59,335 bases of DNA, from assembly GCA_032718475.1 (NCBI GenBank), contig JAUCBJ010008348.1:1-59335 (forward strand), read 5' to 3'. The notes beneath the pieces are model-generated. The model made no database searches and was not told where the DNA came from. It saw nothing but the letters and a program-made list of their open reading frames with translations. Each line of letters starts with the position of its first letter. Position 1 is the first letter of the stretch. Both the position numbers and the translations under genes were made by a program. This stretch comes from Nemertoderma westbladi (lineage: Eukaryota > Animalia > Xenacoelomorpha). Positions 37,530 to 53,406 of this stretch are shown here, piece by piece.

Positions 37530-38748
37530 GGGGGGGGGGGGGGAAATTCTATTCTGGAAATTGACAAAAACCTTTTTTTATTCTATCATGTGCCCAATTT
37601 AATGGAGAATCAAATCTGCAATCAGGTTTGGCATATCTTTTCTCAAACTCAAGTTATTACCCAAAACGTAAGAGCTAGTCTGATTTTTTACAAGCCTTCG
37701 AGCAGCACTATATTTCACAATCGTACGGGACACTTTTCATAAAAATGGCTCTCACGGTACAGATATGAATAAAATTGCTAAAACGTTGTTTTACTATTTA
37801 TCTGTTTAGCAAGCATGAAAAATCTCGTTGAATTTCATTCATTTTTGACAAAGTTATTGACGAACATAGAAAATTGGTATTATCTAAAATAGCGGGAAGG
37901 TTTTAATTGTTCCTTAAACTTTAAACACCCATTTATGATACAGTCGTGCTATCCTTCTATCCTTTGCAAATATAAAACAACTGTTTAACGGGTGAAAGTG
38001 CCTTGTAAGGAAGGCATATATTTGAAAAGGGTGAGGGTATATGGACCCTACAATATACACTCAATAATAAGGTAACTACTACAGTAATGCATAGTAATTG
38101 TATGTATATCATGCACTGCACATGAATAGCATGCATAGAAATCAAAAAGCAAGGAATTATATAATGCGAACTTATCATCAATATCTTTTAAAAATCAAAA
38201 ATCATATACTGTAACTGATAAACATTATTACGTATATTTTTCCGCTAAACATTATAATTTTTGGAGGAAGAATGTGGAGGTTGGTGGGTTAAAATTAATG
38301 AATTCATCCGAAGGGTTATAAGTTATCGGCTGTCTAGAAGCCGAATAGATGGTTTAACTGCTTTGTTGATTGACTTTATTTGTATACAGTAAGCAAGCAG
38401 TGAGATGAGACTTCATTTTCATGACACCACCTTGCGATTTCTTTATTTATTAATTTTCTACCCAGAGCGTATTTTCCCGTTGCACCATAAAGTATATTGG
38501 GTTTAATGTTTTACACTATCACCTAATAAATATATCTCAGAATGACTTGTATTCATGAAAAAAGGTTATTTCCCAACCAATTTTAGCTGAAATTACCTTT
38601 CTCTATGAACAAATTGAACAAATTTGGTTGGAAATGCTCTGGAGCCTTTTTATATCAAAACGGCCCAAAAAACACAATTCACACAATTTTAGGGTCCAGA
38701 GACACAAAAATATGAGGTTCCATTTGGGGGTGCTAACCCCCCCCCCCC
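37530..38748. mobile_element. Possible Kolobok-like non-autonomous element
   Basis: TTAA|G-run ... C-run|TTAA; contains the repeat shared with 8322-8747; the TIR is only a homopolymer. Confidence 0.5.
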
Positions 38749-38754
38749 TTAATG

Positions 38755-41700
38755 TAATATTTACTAATGTAATGTATGGTGCCATGTTACTGTAAACTTA
38801 CTAATGAATGGTGCCATGTTACTGTAACACTTACTGGTGCCATGTTACTGTAACATTTACTAATGTATGGTGCCATGTTACTGTAACACTTACTAATGTA
38901 TGGTGCCATGTTACTGTAACATTTACTAATGTATGGTGCCATGTTACTGTAAACTTACTAATGAATGGTGCCATGTTACTGTAACACTTACTAATGTATG
39001 GTGCCATGTTACTGTAACACTTACTGGTGCCATGTTACTGTAACATTTACTAATGTATGGTGCCATGTTACTGTAACACTTACTAATGGATGGTGCCATG
39101 TTACTGTAAACTTACTAATGAATGGTGCCATGTTACTGTAACACTTACTAATGTATGGTGCCATGTTACTGTAACACTTACTGGTGCCATGTTACTATAA
39201 CATTTACTAATGTATGGTGCCATGTTACTGTAACACTTACTAATGTATGGTGCCATGTTACTGTAAACTTACTAATGGATTGTGCCATGCTACTGTAACA
39301 CTTACTTATGTATTGTGCCATGTTACTGAAAACGTACTAATGGATGGCGCCATGTTACTGTAAACTTACTAGTGGATGGTGCCATGTTACTGTAACGCTT
39401 ACTGGTGCCATGTTACTGTAACATTTAATAATGTATGGTGCCATGTTACTGTAAACTTACTAATGGATTGTGCCATGCTACTGTAAACTTACTAATGGAT
39501 TGTGCCATGCTACTGTAAACTTACTAGTGGATGGTGCCATGTTACTGTAACGCTTACTGTTGCCATGTTACTGTAACATTTAATAATGTATGGTGCCATG
39601 TTACTGTAAACTTACTAGTGGATTGTGCCATGCTACTGTAAACTTACTAATGGATTGTGCCATGCTACTGTAACACGTACTAATGGATGGTGCCATGTTA
39701 CTGTAAACTTACTAATGGATGGTGCCATGTTACTGTAAACTTACTAATGGATGGTGCCATGTTACTGAAAACTTACTAATGGATGGTGCCATGTTACTGT
39801 AAACTTACTAATGTATGGTGCCATGTTACTGTAAACTTACTAATGTATGGTGCCATGTTACTGAAAACGTACTAATACATGGTGCCATGTTACTGTATAC
39901 TTACTAATGGATGGTGCCATGTTACTGTAAACTTACTAATGGATGATGCCATGTTACTGTAAACTTACTAGTGGATGGTGCCATGTTACTGTAAACTTAC
40001 TAATGTATGGTGCCATGTTACTGAAAACGTACTAATACATGGTGCCATGTTACTGTATACTTACTAATGGATGGTGCCATGTTACTGTAAACTTACTAAT
40101 GGATGATGCCATGTTACTGTAAACTTACTAGTGGATGGTGCCATGTTACTGTAAACTTACTAATGTATGGTGCCATGTTACTGAAAACGTACTAATACAT
40201 GGTGCCATGTTACTGTATACTTACTAATGGATGGTGCCATGTTACTGTAAACTTACTAATGGATGATGCCATGTTACTGTATACTTAAGAATGGATGGTG
40301 CCATGTTACTGTAAACTTACTAATGGATGATGCCATGTTACTGTAAACTTACTAATGGATGGTGCCATGTTACTGTAACATTTAATAATGTATGGTGCCA
40401 TGTTACTGTAAACTTACTAATGGATGGTGCCATGTTACTGTAACACTTACTATTGTATGGTGCCATGTTACTGTAAACTTACTAATGGATGGTGCCATGT
40501 CACTGTAACACTTATTAATGTATGATGCGATGTTACTGTAACACTTACTGGTGCCATGTTACTGTAACACTTACTGATGTATGGTGCCATGTTACTGTAA
40601 CACTTACTGGTGCCATGTTACTGTAACATTTACTAATGTATGGTGCCATGTTACTGTAACACTGACTAATGTATGGTACCATGTTACTGTAACACTTACT
40701 GGTGCCATGTTACTGTAACACTTACTGATGTATTGTGCCATGTTACTGTAACACTTACTGGTGCCATGTTACTGTAACATTTACTAATGTATGGTGCCAT
40801 GTTACTGTAAACTTACTAATGGATGGTGCCATGTTACTGTAACACTTATTGTATGGTGCCATGTTACTGTAAACTTAGAAATGGATGGTGCCTTGTTACT
40901 GTAAACTTACTAATGGATGGTGCCATGTTACTGTAACACTTACTATTGTATGGTGCCATGTTACTGTAAACTTACTAATGGATGGTGCCATATAACACTT
41001 TACTAATGTATGGTGCCATGTTACTGTAACACTTACTATTGTATGGTACCATGATACTGTAAACTTACTAATGGATGGCGCCATGTTACTGTAACACTTA
41101 CTATTGTATGGAACCATATAACTGTAACACTTACTAATGTATGGTGCCATATTACTGTATCACTTACTAATGTATGATGCCATGTTACTGTAAACTTAGT
41201 AATGGATGGTGCCATGTTACTGTAAACTTACTAATGGATGGTGCCATGTTACTGTAACACTTATTGTATGGTGCCATGTTACTGTAAACTTAGAAATGGA
41301 TGGTGCCTTGTTACTGTAAACTTACTAATGGATGGTGCCATGTTACTGTATCACTTACTAATGTATGATGCCATGTTACTGTAAACTTAGTAATGGATGG
41401 TGCCATGTTACTGTAAACTTACTAATGGATGGTGCCATGTTACTGTAACACTTACTATTGTATGGTGCCATGTTACTGTAACACTTACTATTGTATGGTA
41501 CCATGTTACTGTAAACTTACTAATGGATGGTGCCATATAACACTTTACTAATGTATGGTGCCATGTTACTGTAACACTTACTAATGTATGGTACCATGAT
41601 ACTGTAAACTTACTAATGGATGGCGCCATGTTACTGTAACACTTACTATTGTATGGAACCATATAACTGTAACACTTACTAATGTATGGTGCCATATTAC

Positions 41701-44700
41701 TGTATCACTTACTAATGTATGATGCCATGTTACTGTAAACTTAGTAATGGATGGTGCCATGTTACTGTAAACTTACTAATGTATGGTGCCATGTTACTGT
41801 AAACTTAGAAATGGATGGTGCCTTGTTACTGTAAACTTACTAATGGATGGTGCCATGTTACTGTAAACTTACTAATGGATGGTGCCATGTTACTGTATCA
41901 CTTACTAATGTATGGTGCCATGTTACTGTAACACTGACTAATGTATGGTACCATGTTACTGTAACACTTATTGTATGGTGCCATGTTACTGTAAACTTAG
42001 AAATGGATGGTGCCTTGTTACTGTAAACTTACTAATGGATGGTGCCATGTTACTGTAAACTTACTAATGGATGGTGCCATATAACACTTTACTAATGTAT
42101 GGTGCCATGTTACTGTAACACTTACTATTGTATGGTACCATGATACTGTAAACTTACTAATGGATGGCGCCATGTTACTGTAAACTTACTAATGGATGGT
42201 GCCATATAACACTTTACTAATGTATGGTGCCATGTTACTGTAACACTTACTATTGTATGGTACCATGATACTGTAAACTTACTAATGGATGGCGCCATGT
42301 TACTGTATCACTTACTAATGTATGATGCCATGTTACTGTAAACTTACTAATGGATGGTGCCATATAACACTTTACTAATGTATGGTGCCATGTTACTGTA
42401 ACACTTACTATTGTATGGTACCATGATACTGTAAACTTACTAATGGATGGCGCCATGTTACTGTATCACTTACTAATGTATGATGCCATGTTACTGTAAA
42501 CTTACTAATGGATGGTGCCATGTTACTGTAACACTTACTAATGCATGGTGCCATGTTACTGTAACACTTACTGGTGCCATGTTACTGTAACATTTACAAA
42601 TGTATGGTGCCATGTTACTGTAAACTTTCTAATGGATGGTGCCTTGTTACTGTAAACTTACTAATGGATGGTGCCATGTTACTGTAACACTTACTAATGT
42701 ATGGTGCCATGTTACTGTAACACTTACTATTGTATGGTACCATGTTACTGTAACACTTACTAATGGATGGTGCCATGTTACTGTAACACTTACTAATGTA
42801 TGGTGCCATGTTACTGTAACACTTACTGGTGCCATGTTACTGTAACATTTACTAATGTATGGTGCCATATTACTGTAAACTTACTAATGGATGGTGCCTT
42901 GTTACTGTAACACTTACTAATGCATGGTGCCATGTTACTGTAACACTTACTGGTGCCATGTTACTGTAACATTTACAAATGTATGGTGCCATGTTACTGT
43001 AAACTTTCTAATGGATGGTGCCTTGTTACTGTAAACTTACTAATGGATGGTGCCATGTTACTGTAAACTTACTAATGGATGGTGCCATGTTACTGTAACA
43101 CTTACTGGTGCCATGTTACTGTAACATTTACAAATGTATGGTGCCATGTTACTGTAAACTTTCTAATGGATGGTGCCTTGTTACTGTAAACTTACTAATG
43201 GATGGTGCCATGTTACTGTAACACTTACTAATGTATGGTGCCATGTTACTGTAACACTTACTAATGTATGGTGCCATGTTACTGTAAACTTACTAATGGA
43301 TGGTGCCATGTTACTGTAAACTTACTAATGGATGGTGCCATGTTACTGTAACACTTACTAATGCATGGTGCCATGTTACTGTAACACTTACTGGTGCCAT
43401 GTTACTGTAACATTTACAAATGTATGGTGCCATGTTACTGTAAACTTTCTAATGGATGGTGCCTTGTTACTGTAAACTTACTAATGGATGGTGCCATGTT
43501 ACTGTAACACTTACTAATGTATGGTGCCATGTTACTGTAACACTTACTATTGTATGGTACCATGTTACTGTAACACTTACTAATGGATGGTGCCATGTTA
43601 CTGTAACACTTACTAATGTATGGTGCCATGTTACTGTAACACTTACTAATGTATGATGCCATGTTACTGTAAACTTAGTAATGGATGGTGCCATGTTACT
43701 GTAAACTTACTAATGGATGGTGCCATGTTACTGTAACACTTACTATTGTATGGTGCCATGTTACTGTAAACTTAGTAATGGATGGTGCCATGTTACTGTA
43801 TCACTTACTAATGTATGATGCCATGTTACTGTAAACTTAGTAATGGATGGTGCCATGTTACTGTAAACTTACTAATGGATGGTGCCATGTTACTGTAACA
43901 CTTACTATTGTATGGTGCCATGTTACTGTAACACTTACTATTGTATGGTGCCATGTTACTGTAACACTTACTAATGTATGGTGCCATGTTACTGTAACAC
44001 TTACTATTGTATGGTGCCATGTTACTGTAACACTTACTATTGTATGGTACCATGTTACTGTAAACTTACTAATGGATGGTGCCATATAACACTTTACTAA
44101 TGTATGGTGCCATGTTACTGTAACACTTACTAATGTATGGTACCATGATACTGTAAACTTACTAATGGATGGCGCCATGTTACTGTAACACTTACTATTG
44201 TATGGAACCATATAACTGTAACACTTACTAATGTATGGTGCCATATTACTGTATCACTTACTAATGTATGATGCCATGTTACTGTAAACTTAGTAATGGA
44301 TGGTGCCATGTTACTGTAAACTTACTAATGTATGGTGCCATGTTACTGTAAACTTAGAAATGGATGGTGCCTTGTTACTGTAAACTTACTAATGGATGGT
44401 GCCATGTTACTGTAAACTTACTAATGGATGGTGCCATGTTACTGTATCACTTACTAATGTATGGTGCCATGTTACTGTAACACTGACTAATGTATGGTAC
44501 CATGTTACTGTAACACTTATTGTATGGTGCCATGTTACTGTAAACTTAGAATTGGATGGTGCCTTGTTACTGTAAACTTACTAATGGATGGTGCCATGTT
44601 ACTGTAAACTTACTAATGGATGGTGCCATATAACACTTTACTAATGTATGGTGCCATGTTACTGTAACACTTACTATTGTATGGTACCATGATACTGTAA

Positions 44701-47700
44701 ACTTACTAATGGATGGCGCCATGTTACTGTAAACTTACTAATGGATGGTGCCATATAACACTTTACTAATGTATGGTGCCATGTTACTGTAACACTTACT
44801 ATTGTATGGTACCATGATACTGTAAACTTACTAATGGATGGCGCCATGTTACTGTATCACTTACTAATGTATGATGCCATGTTACTGTAAACTTACTAAT
44901 GGATGGTGCCATATAACACTTTACTAATGTATGGTGCCATGTTACTGTAACACTTACTATTGTATGGTACCATGATACTGTAAACTTACTAATGGATGGC
45001 GCCATGTTACTGTATCACTTACTAATGTATGATGCCATGTTACTGTAAACTTACTAATGGATGGTGCCATGTTACTGTAACACTTACTAATGCATGGTGC
45101 CATGTTACTGTAACACTTACTGGTGCCATGTTACTGTAACATTTACAAATGTATGGTGCCATGTTACTGTAAACTTTCTAATGGATGGTGCCTTGTTACT
45201 GTAAACTTACTAATGGATGGTGCCATGTTACTGTAACACTTACTAATGTATGGTGCCATGTTACTGTAACACTTACTATTGTATGGTACCATGTTACTGT
45301 AACACTTACTAATGGATGGTGCCATGTTACTGTAACACTTACTAATGTATGGTGCCATGTTACTGTAACACTTACTGGTGCCATGTTACTGTAACATTTA
45401 CTAATGTATGGTGCCATATTACTGTAAACTTACTAATGGATGGTGCCTTGTTACTGTAACACTTACTAATGCATGGTGCCATGTTACTGTAACACTTACT
45501 GGTGCCATGTTACTGTAACATTTACAAATGTATGGTGCCATGTTACTGTAAACTTTCTAATGGATGGTGCCTTGTTACTGTAAACTTACTAATGGATGGT
45601 GCCATGTTACTGTAAACTTACTAATGGATGGTGCCATGTTACTGTAACACTTACTGGTGCCATGTTACTGTAACATTTACAAATGTATGGTGCCATGTTA
45701 CTGTAAACTTTCTAATGGATGGTGCCTTGTTACTGTAAACTTACTAATGGATGGTGCCATGTTACTGTAACACTTACTAATGTATGGTGCCATGTTACTG
45801 TAACACTTACTAATGTATGGTGCCATGTTACTGTAAACTTACTAATGGATGGTGCCATGTTACTGTAAACTTACTAATGGATGGTGCCATGTTACTGTAA
45901 CACTTACTAATGCATGGTGCCATGTTACTGTAACACTTACTGGTGCCATGTTACTGTAACATTTACAAATGTATGGTGCCATGTTACTGTAAACTTTCTA
46001 ATGGATGGTGCCTTGTTACTGTAAACTTACTAATGGATGGTGCCATGTTACTGTAACACTTACTAATGTATGGTGCCATGTTACTGTAACACTTACTATT
46101 GTATGGTACCATGTTACTGTAACACTTACTAATGGATGGTGCCATGTTACTGTAACACTTACTAATGTATGGTGCCATGTTACTGTAACACTTACTGGTG
46201 CCATGTTACTGTAACATTTACTAATGTATGGTGCCATATTACTGTAAACTTACTAATGGATGGTGCCTTGTTACTGTAACACTTACTAATGCATGGTGCC
46301 ATGTTACTGTAACACTTACTGGTGCCATGTTACTGTAACATTTACAAATGTATGGTGCCATGTTACTGTAAACTTTCTAATGGATGGTGCCTTGTTACTG
46401 TAAACTTACTAATGGATGGTGCCATGTTACTGTAAACTTACTAATGGATGGTGCCATGTTACTGTAACACTTACTGGTGCCATGTTACTGTAACATTTAC
46501 AAATGTATGGTGCCATGTTACTGTAAACTTTCTAATGGATGGTGCCTTGTTACTGTAAACTTACTAATGGATGGTGCCATGTTACTGTAACACTTACTAA
46601 TGTATGGTGCCATGTTACTGTAACACTTACTAATGTATGGTGCCATGTTACTGTAAACTTACTAATGGATGGTGCCATGTTACTGTAAACTTACTAATGG
46701 ATGGTGCCATGTTACTGTAACACTTACTGGTGCCATGTTACTGTAACATTTACAAATGTATGGTGCCATGTTACTGTAAACTTTCTAATGGATGGTGCCT
46801 TGTTACTGTAAACTTACTAATGGATGGTGCCATGTTACTGTAAACTTACTAATGGATGGTGCCATGTTACTGTAACACTTACTGGTGCCATGTTACTGTA
46901 ACATTTACAAATGTATGGTGCCATGTTACTGTAAACTCTCTAATGGATGGTGCCTTGTTACTGTAAACTTACTAATGGATGGTGCCATGTTACTGTAACA
47001 CTTACTAATGTATGGTGCCATGTTACTGTATCACTTACTAATGTATGATGCCATGTTACTGTAAACTTACTAATGGATGGTGCCATGTTACTGTAACACT
47101 TACTAATGCATGGTGCCATGTTACTGTAACACTTACTGGTGCCATGTTACTGTAACATTTACAAATGTATGGTGCCATGTTACTGTAAACTTTCTAATGG
47201 ATGGTGCCTTGTTACTGTAAACTTACTAATGGATGGTGCCATGTTACTGTAACACTTACTAATGTATGGTGCCATGTTACTGTAACACTTACTATTGTAT
47301 GGTACCATGTTACTGTAACACTTACTAATGGATGGTGCCATGTTACTGTAACACTTACTAATGTATGGTGCCATGTTACTGTAACACTTACTGGTGCCAT
47401 GTTACTGTAACATTTACTAATGTATGGTGCCATATTACTGTAAACTTACTAATGGATGGTGCCATGTTACTGTAACACTTACTAATGTATGGTGCCATGT
47501 TACTGTAACACTTACTGGTGCCATGTTACTGTAACATTTACTAATGTATGGTGCCATATTACTGTAAACTTACTAATGTATGGTGCCATGTTACTGTAAC
47601 ACTTACTATTGTATGGTACCATGTTACTGTAACACTTACTAATGGATGGTGCCATGTTACTGGAACACTTACTGGTGCCATGTTACTGTAACACTTACTA

Positions 47701-50700
47701 ATGTATGGTGCCATGTTACTGTAACACTTACTGGTGCCATGTTACTGTAACATTTACTAATGTATGGTGCCATATTACTGTAAACTTACTAATGGATGGT
47801 GCCTTGTTACTGTAAACTTACAAATGGATGGTGCCATGTTACTGTAACACTTACTAATGGATGATGCCATGTTACTGTAAACTTACTAATGGATGGTGCC
47901 ATGTTACTGTAAACTTACTAATGGATGGTGCCTTGTTACTGTAAACTTACTAATGGATGGTGCCATGTTACTGTAACACTTACTAATGTATGGTGCCATG
48001 TTACTGTAAACTTACTAATGGATGGTGCCATGTTACTGTAACACTTACTAATGTATGGTGCCATGTTACTGTAACACTTACTATTGTATGGTACCATGTT
48101 ACTGTAACACTTACTAATGGATGGTGCCATGTTACTGTAACACTTACTAATGTATGGTGCCATGTTACTGTAACACTTACTGGTGCCATGTTACTGTAAC
48201 ATTTACTAATGTATGGTGCCATATTACTGTAAACTTACTAATGGATGGTGCCTTGTTACTGTAAACTTACTAATGGATGGTGCCATGTTACTGTAACACT
48301 TACTAATGTATGGTGCCATGTTACTGTAACACTTACTGGTGCCATGTTACTGTAACATTTACTAATGTATGGTGCCATGTTAATGTAACACTTACTAATG
48401 TATGGTGCCATGTTCCTGTAACACTTACTGGTGCCATGTTACTGTAACATTTACTAATGTATGGTGCCATGTTACTGTAACACTTACTAATGTATGGTGC
48501 CATGTTACTGTAACACTTACTGGTGCCATGTTACTGTAACACTTACTAATGTATGGTGCCATGTTCCTGTAACACTTACTGGTGCCATGTTACTGTAACA
48601 TTTACTAATGTATGGTGCCATGTTACTGTAAACTTACTAATGGATGGTGCCTTGTTACTGTAAACTTACTAATGGATGGTGCCTTGTTACTGTAAACTTA
48701 CTAATGGATGGTGCCATGTTACTGTAACACTTACTAATGTATGGTGCCATGTTACTGTAACACTTACTGGTGCCATGTTACTGTAACACTTACTAATGCA
48801 TGGTGCCATGTTACTGTAACACTTACTGGTGCCATGTTACTGTAACATTTACAAATGTATGGTGCCATGTTACTGTAAACTTTCTAATGGATGGTGCCTT
48901 GTTACTGTAACACTTACAAATGGATGGTGCCATGTTACTGTAACACTTACTAATGCATGGTGCCATGTTACTGTAACACTTACTGGTGCCATGTTACTGT
49001 AACATTTACAAATGTATGGTGCCATGTTACTGTAAACTTTCTAATGGATGGTGCCTTGTTACTGTAAACTTACAAATGGATGGTGCCATGTTACTGTAAC
49101 ACTTACTATTGTATGGTACCATGTTACTGTAACACTTACTATTGTATGGTGCCATGTTACTGTAACACTTACAAATGGATGGTGCCATGTTACTGTAACA
49201 CTTACTAATGCATGGTGCCATGTTACTGTAACACTTACTGGTGCCATGTTACTGTAACATTTACAAATGTATGGTGCCATGTTACTGTAAACTTTCTAAT
49301 GGATGGTGCCTTGTTACTGTAAACTTACAAATGGATGGTGCCATGTTACTGTAACACTTACTATTGTATGGTACCATGTTACTGTAACACTTACTATTGT
49401 ATGGTACCATGTTACTGTAACACTTACTATTGTATGGTACCATGTTACTGTAACACTTACTATTGTATGGTACCATGTTACTGTAAACTTACTAATGGAT
49501 GGTGCCATGTTACTGTAACACTTACTAATGTATGGTGCCATGTTACTGTAACACTTACTGGTGCCATGTTACTGTAACATTTACTAATGTATGGTGCCAT
49601 GTTACTGTAAACTTACTAATGGATGGTGCCTTGTTACTGTAAACTTACTAATGGATGGTGCCATGTTACTGTAACACTTACTAATGTATGGTGCCATGTT
49701 ACTGTAACACTTACAAATGGATGGTGTCATGTTACTGTAACACTTACTAATGTATGGTGCCATGTTACTGTAACACTTACTGGTGCCATGTTACTGTAAC
49801 ATTTACTAATGTATGGTGCCATGTTACTGTAAACTTACTAATGGATGGTGCCTTGTTACTGTAAACTTACTAATGGATGGTGCCATGTTACTGTAACACT
49901 TACTAATGTATGGTGCCATGTTACTGTAACACTTACAAATGGATGGTGTCATGTTACTGTAACACTTACTATTGTATGGTACCATATTACTGTAACACTT
50001 ACTAATGGATGGTGCCATGTTACTGTAACACTTACTAATGTATGGTGCCATGTTACTGTAACACTTACTGGTGCCATGTTACTGTAATATTTACTAATGG
50101 ATGGTGTCATGTTACTGTAACACTTACTAATGTATGGTGCCATGTTACTGTAACACTTACTGGTGCCATGTTACTGTAACATTTACTAATGTATGGTGCC
50201 ATGTTACTGTAAACTTACTAATGGATGGTGCCTTGTTACTGTAAACTTACTAATGGATGGTGCCATGTTACTGTAACACTTACTAATGTATGGTGCCATG
50301 TTACTGTAACACTTACAAATGGATGGTGTCATGTTACTGTAACACTTACTATTGTATGGTACCATATTACTGTAACACTTACTAATGGATGGTGCCATGT
50401 TACTGTAACACTTACTAATGTATGGTGCCATGTTACTGTAACACTTACTGGTGCCATGTTACTGTAATATTTACTAATGGATGGTGCCTTGTTACTGTAA
50501 ACTTACTAATGGATGGTGCCTTGTTACTGTAACACTTACTAATGTATGGTGCCATGTTACTGTAAACTTACTAGTGGATGGTGCCATGTTACTGTAACAC
50601 TTACTATTGTATGGTACCATGTTACTGTAACACTTACTAATGTATGGTGCCATGTTACTGTAACTCTTACTAATGTATGGTGCCATGTTACTGTAAACTT

Positions 50701-51374
50701 ACTAATGGATGGTGCCATGTTACTGTAACACTTACTATTGTATGGAACCATATAACTGTAACACTTACTAATGTATGGTGCCATGTTACTGTAACACTTA
50801 CTAATGTATGGTGCCATGTTACTGTAACACTTACTAATGTATGGTGCCATGTTACTGTAAACTTACTAATGGATGGTGCCATGTTACTGTAACACTTACT
50901 ATTGTATGGAACCATATAACTGTAACACTTACTAATGTATGGTGCCATGTTACTGTAACTCTTACTATTGTATGGAACCATATAACTGTAACACTTACTA
51001 ATGGATGGTGCCATGTTACTGTAACACTTACTAATGGATGGTGCCATGTTACTGTAACACTTACTATTGTATGGTACCATGTTACTGTAAACTTACTAAT
51101 GGATGGCGCCATGTTACTGTAACACTTACTAATGGATGGTGCCATGTTACTGTAAACTTACTAATGGATGGTGCCATGTTACTGTAACACTTACTATTGT
51201 ATGGAACCATATAACTGTAACACTTACTAATGTATGGTGCCATGTTACTGTAACACTTACTAATGTATGGTGCCATGTTACTGTAAACTTACTAATGGAT
51301 GGTGCCATGTTACTGTAACACTTACTAATGTATGGTGCCATGTTACTGTAACACTTACTAATGTATGGTGCCAT
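38755..51374. repeat. Satellite array of 25/32/33-bp monomers (ATGGTGCCATGTTACTGTAA[C]ACTTACTAATG[G/T]), about 12.6 kb
   Basis: Continuous tandem repeat; all ORFs in this span are artefacts of it. Confidence 0.98.
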
Positions 51375-51649
51375 TCTGTTAAAATGTTTCCTGTGAATAT
51401 GTAAACATCATCCGGTGTTGGAACATGAACATGTAACCCCGTCTCAATTTCTTCTTTTTCTCGCAATCTGAAATTATATTATTGAAATTTAATATAAACC
51501 AATTAATAGTTGGGTATTAGTTATGGGTTTGAACAGTAAGTTGTCTGCTTACATTAACTTTCACTTTCCTCTTGCAAAGTTCTATCTTTGCACGTCTTTA
51601 CATCAATACGTGGAGGGACGAGGGAGATTGGTAGGTGAGTAAAGGCGAT

Positions 51650-51990
51650 AAAAGTCTATCAAAAAACTCTCGATTCTCCATAGTTGTCGCAGTTTAGTCT
51701 CTCCCAAGTCCAGCATGTTTCCCTTTCAAGTTGTTCTATATATTTTTATAGGCAGTCGTCCACGGGTACGCTTTTCTTGTGTTGGTTGCCAGAAAAGTAG
51801 ATCTGGTATGATCTCATGTTTACTTATCCAGTAGTGCCCACTGAATCTTAATCTGCGTTCACGGAGGGTGGTTGATACAGGTGGTATTGTACCATAAAGC
51901 TCGGCGTTTGTCATGTGTTTTCTCCATCTGATGTTTAGGGCTGCCCTTAGAAGTCTCTCTCGACACTTTATTAACCACGCTGTCCCAGTT
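51650..51990 (-). mobile_element. RTE LINE C-terminal fragment
   Basis: RLLRAALNIRWRKHMTNAELYG..RRLRFSGH..LLFWQPT..RGR. Confidence 0.8.
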
Positions 51991-52068
51991 AACAAATTGT
52001 GTGATAAAATTATTATCAATTAAGGAAGTGATTATTTTGATAATGTTGGTGGGCTCTGGAATCTAATT

Positions 52069-52977
52069 TCAATAATCGCGTCCTTTCCTGTCAGTTATTA
52101 CACCGGTGCGTGACCACCGTTTGGTTGTGGGGTTCTGAAGCAGAACATCTGTTCCAGGTAACAATGTCGCAAGGTTGCGGGCAGTTCGGTCATAACGCAG
52201 TTTTGCGGCCCTTGATATCCGCCAAGCAGACTCATCTGCCTCTGCAGCTTGTTTTTGCCATGACGGATCAAAGGCTTTATAATGCTGTGGGACATTGGAC
52301 CGTAAAGGATGCCGATATACTATCTGGGCTGGGGAGCGACCATCTCCCCTCGGTGTGTTTCGTAGTTCAAGCATCCCCATCAGAAATGGTTCTGTATTAA
52401 TTCGACCGTCGTCTGCCTTTGCAACGAGATTTTTTACTATTTTTACCGACACCACCGCGTGCTCGTTGGATTGTGGATGACACGGTGATGACGGTTTCCA
52501 GTCAACACCCCAGCGAACCAAAAAGTCTTTAAATATTTTGGAGTCATATTGTGGTCCTCCATCAGTGCGCATTCGTACCGGGACCCCGGTCTGTACGAAA
52601 TATTGCCGAATTACATCGACAACATGGGTTGCTGATGGGTCTCTATCCCATCTTGTAACAAATGGGAACCCAGACAAGCGGTCTACGTATACCATGTAGG
52701 CATGACCAGCAAACTTAAATAAGTCTGACGAGACAGACTCAAAAATCCGGGATGGTAGGGGGTCCGATATGCATGGTTCCTTTACATTGCTTGGGAGGCG
52801 GTACTGGCATTTCTCACAGGATCGTATAATGTCCTCTATTTGGGCATTTATTCCAGGCCAGTATACCGATTTCCTACTGCGCCGCTTGGTTCGCTCTAAA
52901 CCTTGATGTGACTCGTGGAGACATTTTAATATATCGCCACGGGCCCCTTTGGGTATAACTAATCGTTTACCAAACAA
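52069..52977 (-). pseudogene. Gypsy integrase
   Basis: HESHQG..CEKC, SDLF and TDGGPQ motifs; catalytic Glu region degenerate (SNEHAVVSV). Confidence 0.9.
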
Positions 52978-53406
52978 GACTAATCCATTTTCTATAGACA
53001 GTTCATTCCATATTTTCCGTAGCTGCTGTACAAATGGATTATTAACAGCCTGGTGATTGAAAATTATTCTCTAGTGCTTCTATGAGCATTTTGTATTCGA
53101 GATCACCCTGAGCTATCTGCTGCAAATTTACAATGATTGGATCTTCATAAGGAGAGTATTTGCCAAAGTTACTATCATTTTTAATTGAGTTAGTTGCGGC
53201 CTCAAACACAGTAGATGCTACAGTATTTGAGGAACAACCTTCAACCTCATTAGAATCTGGATCACATACTGGTGCCCTGGACAAAGCATCAGGCACAACG
53301 TAAGACTTTCCTTTTTGCCATGTGAGTGTGAAATTATAACAACTAAGTTTCATTTTCAAGTTTTGCAATCTCACATTGTCTACCATATCAAGCGTATAAG
53401 AGTTCA

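Noticed and set aside
38755-51374. Dozens of short ORFs and a CRISPR-like repeat appearance
   Set aside because: Pure tandem satellite with no unique spacers and no cas genes; the ORFs are translation artefacts.
32377-51374. PRDM9-like fingers targeting the nearby satellite
   Set aside because: Proximity only; no binding prediction could be run.
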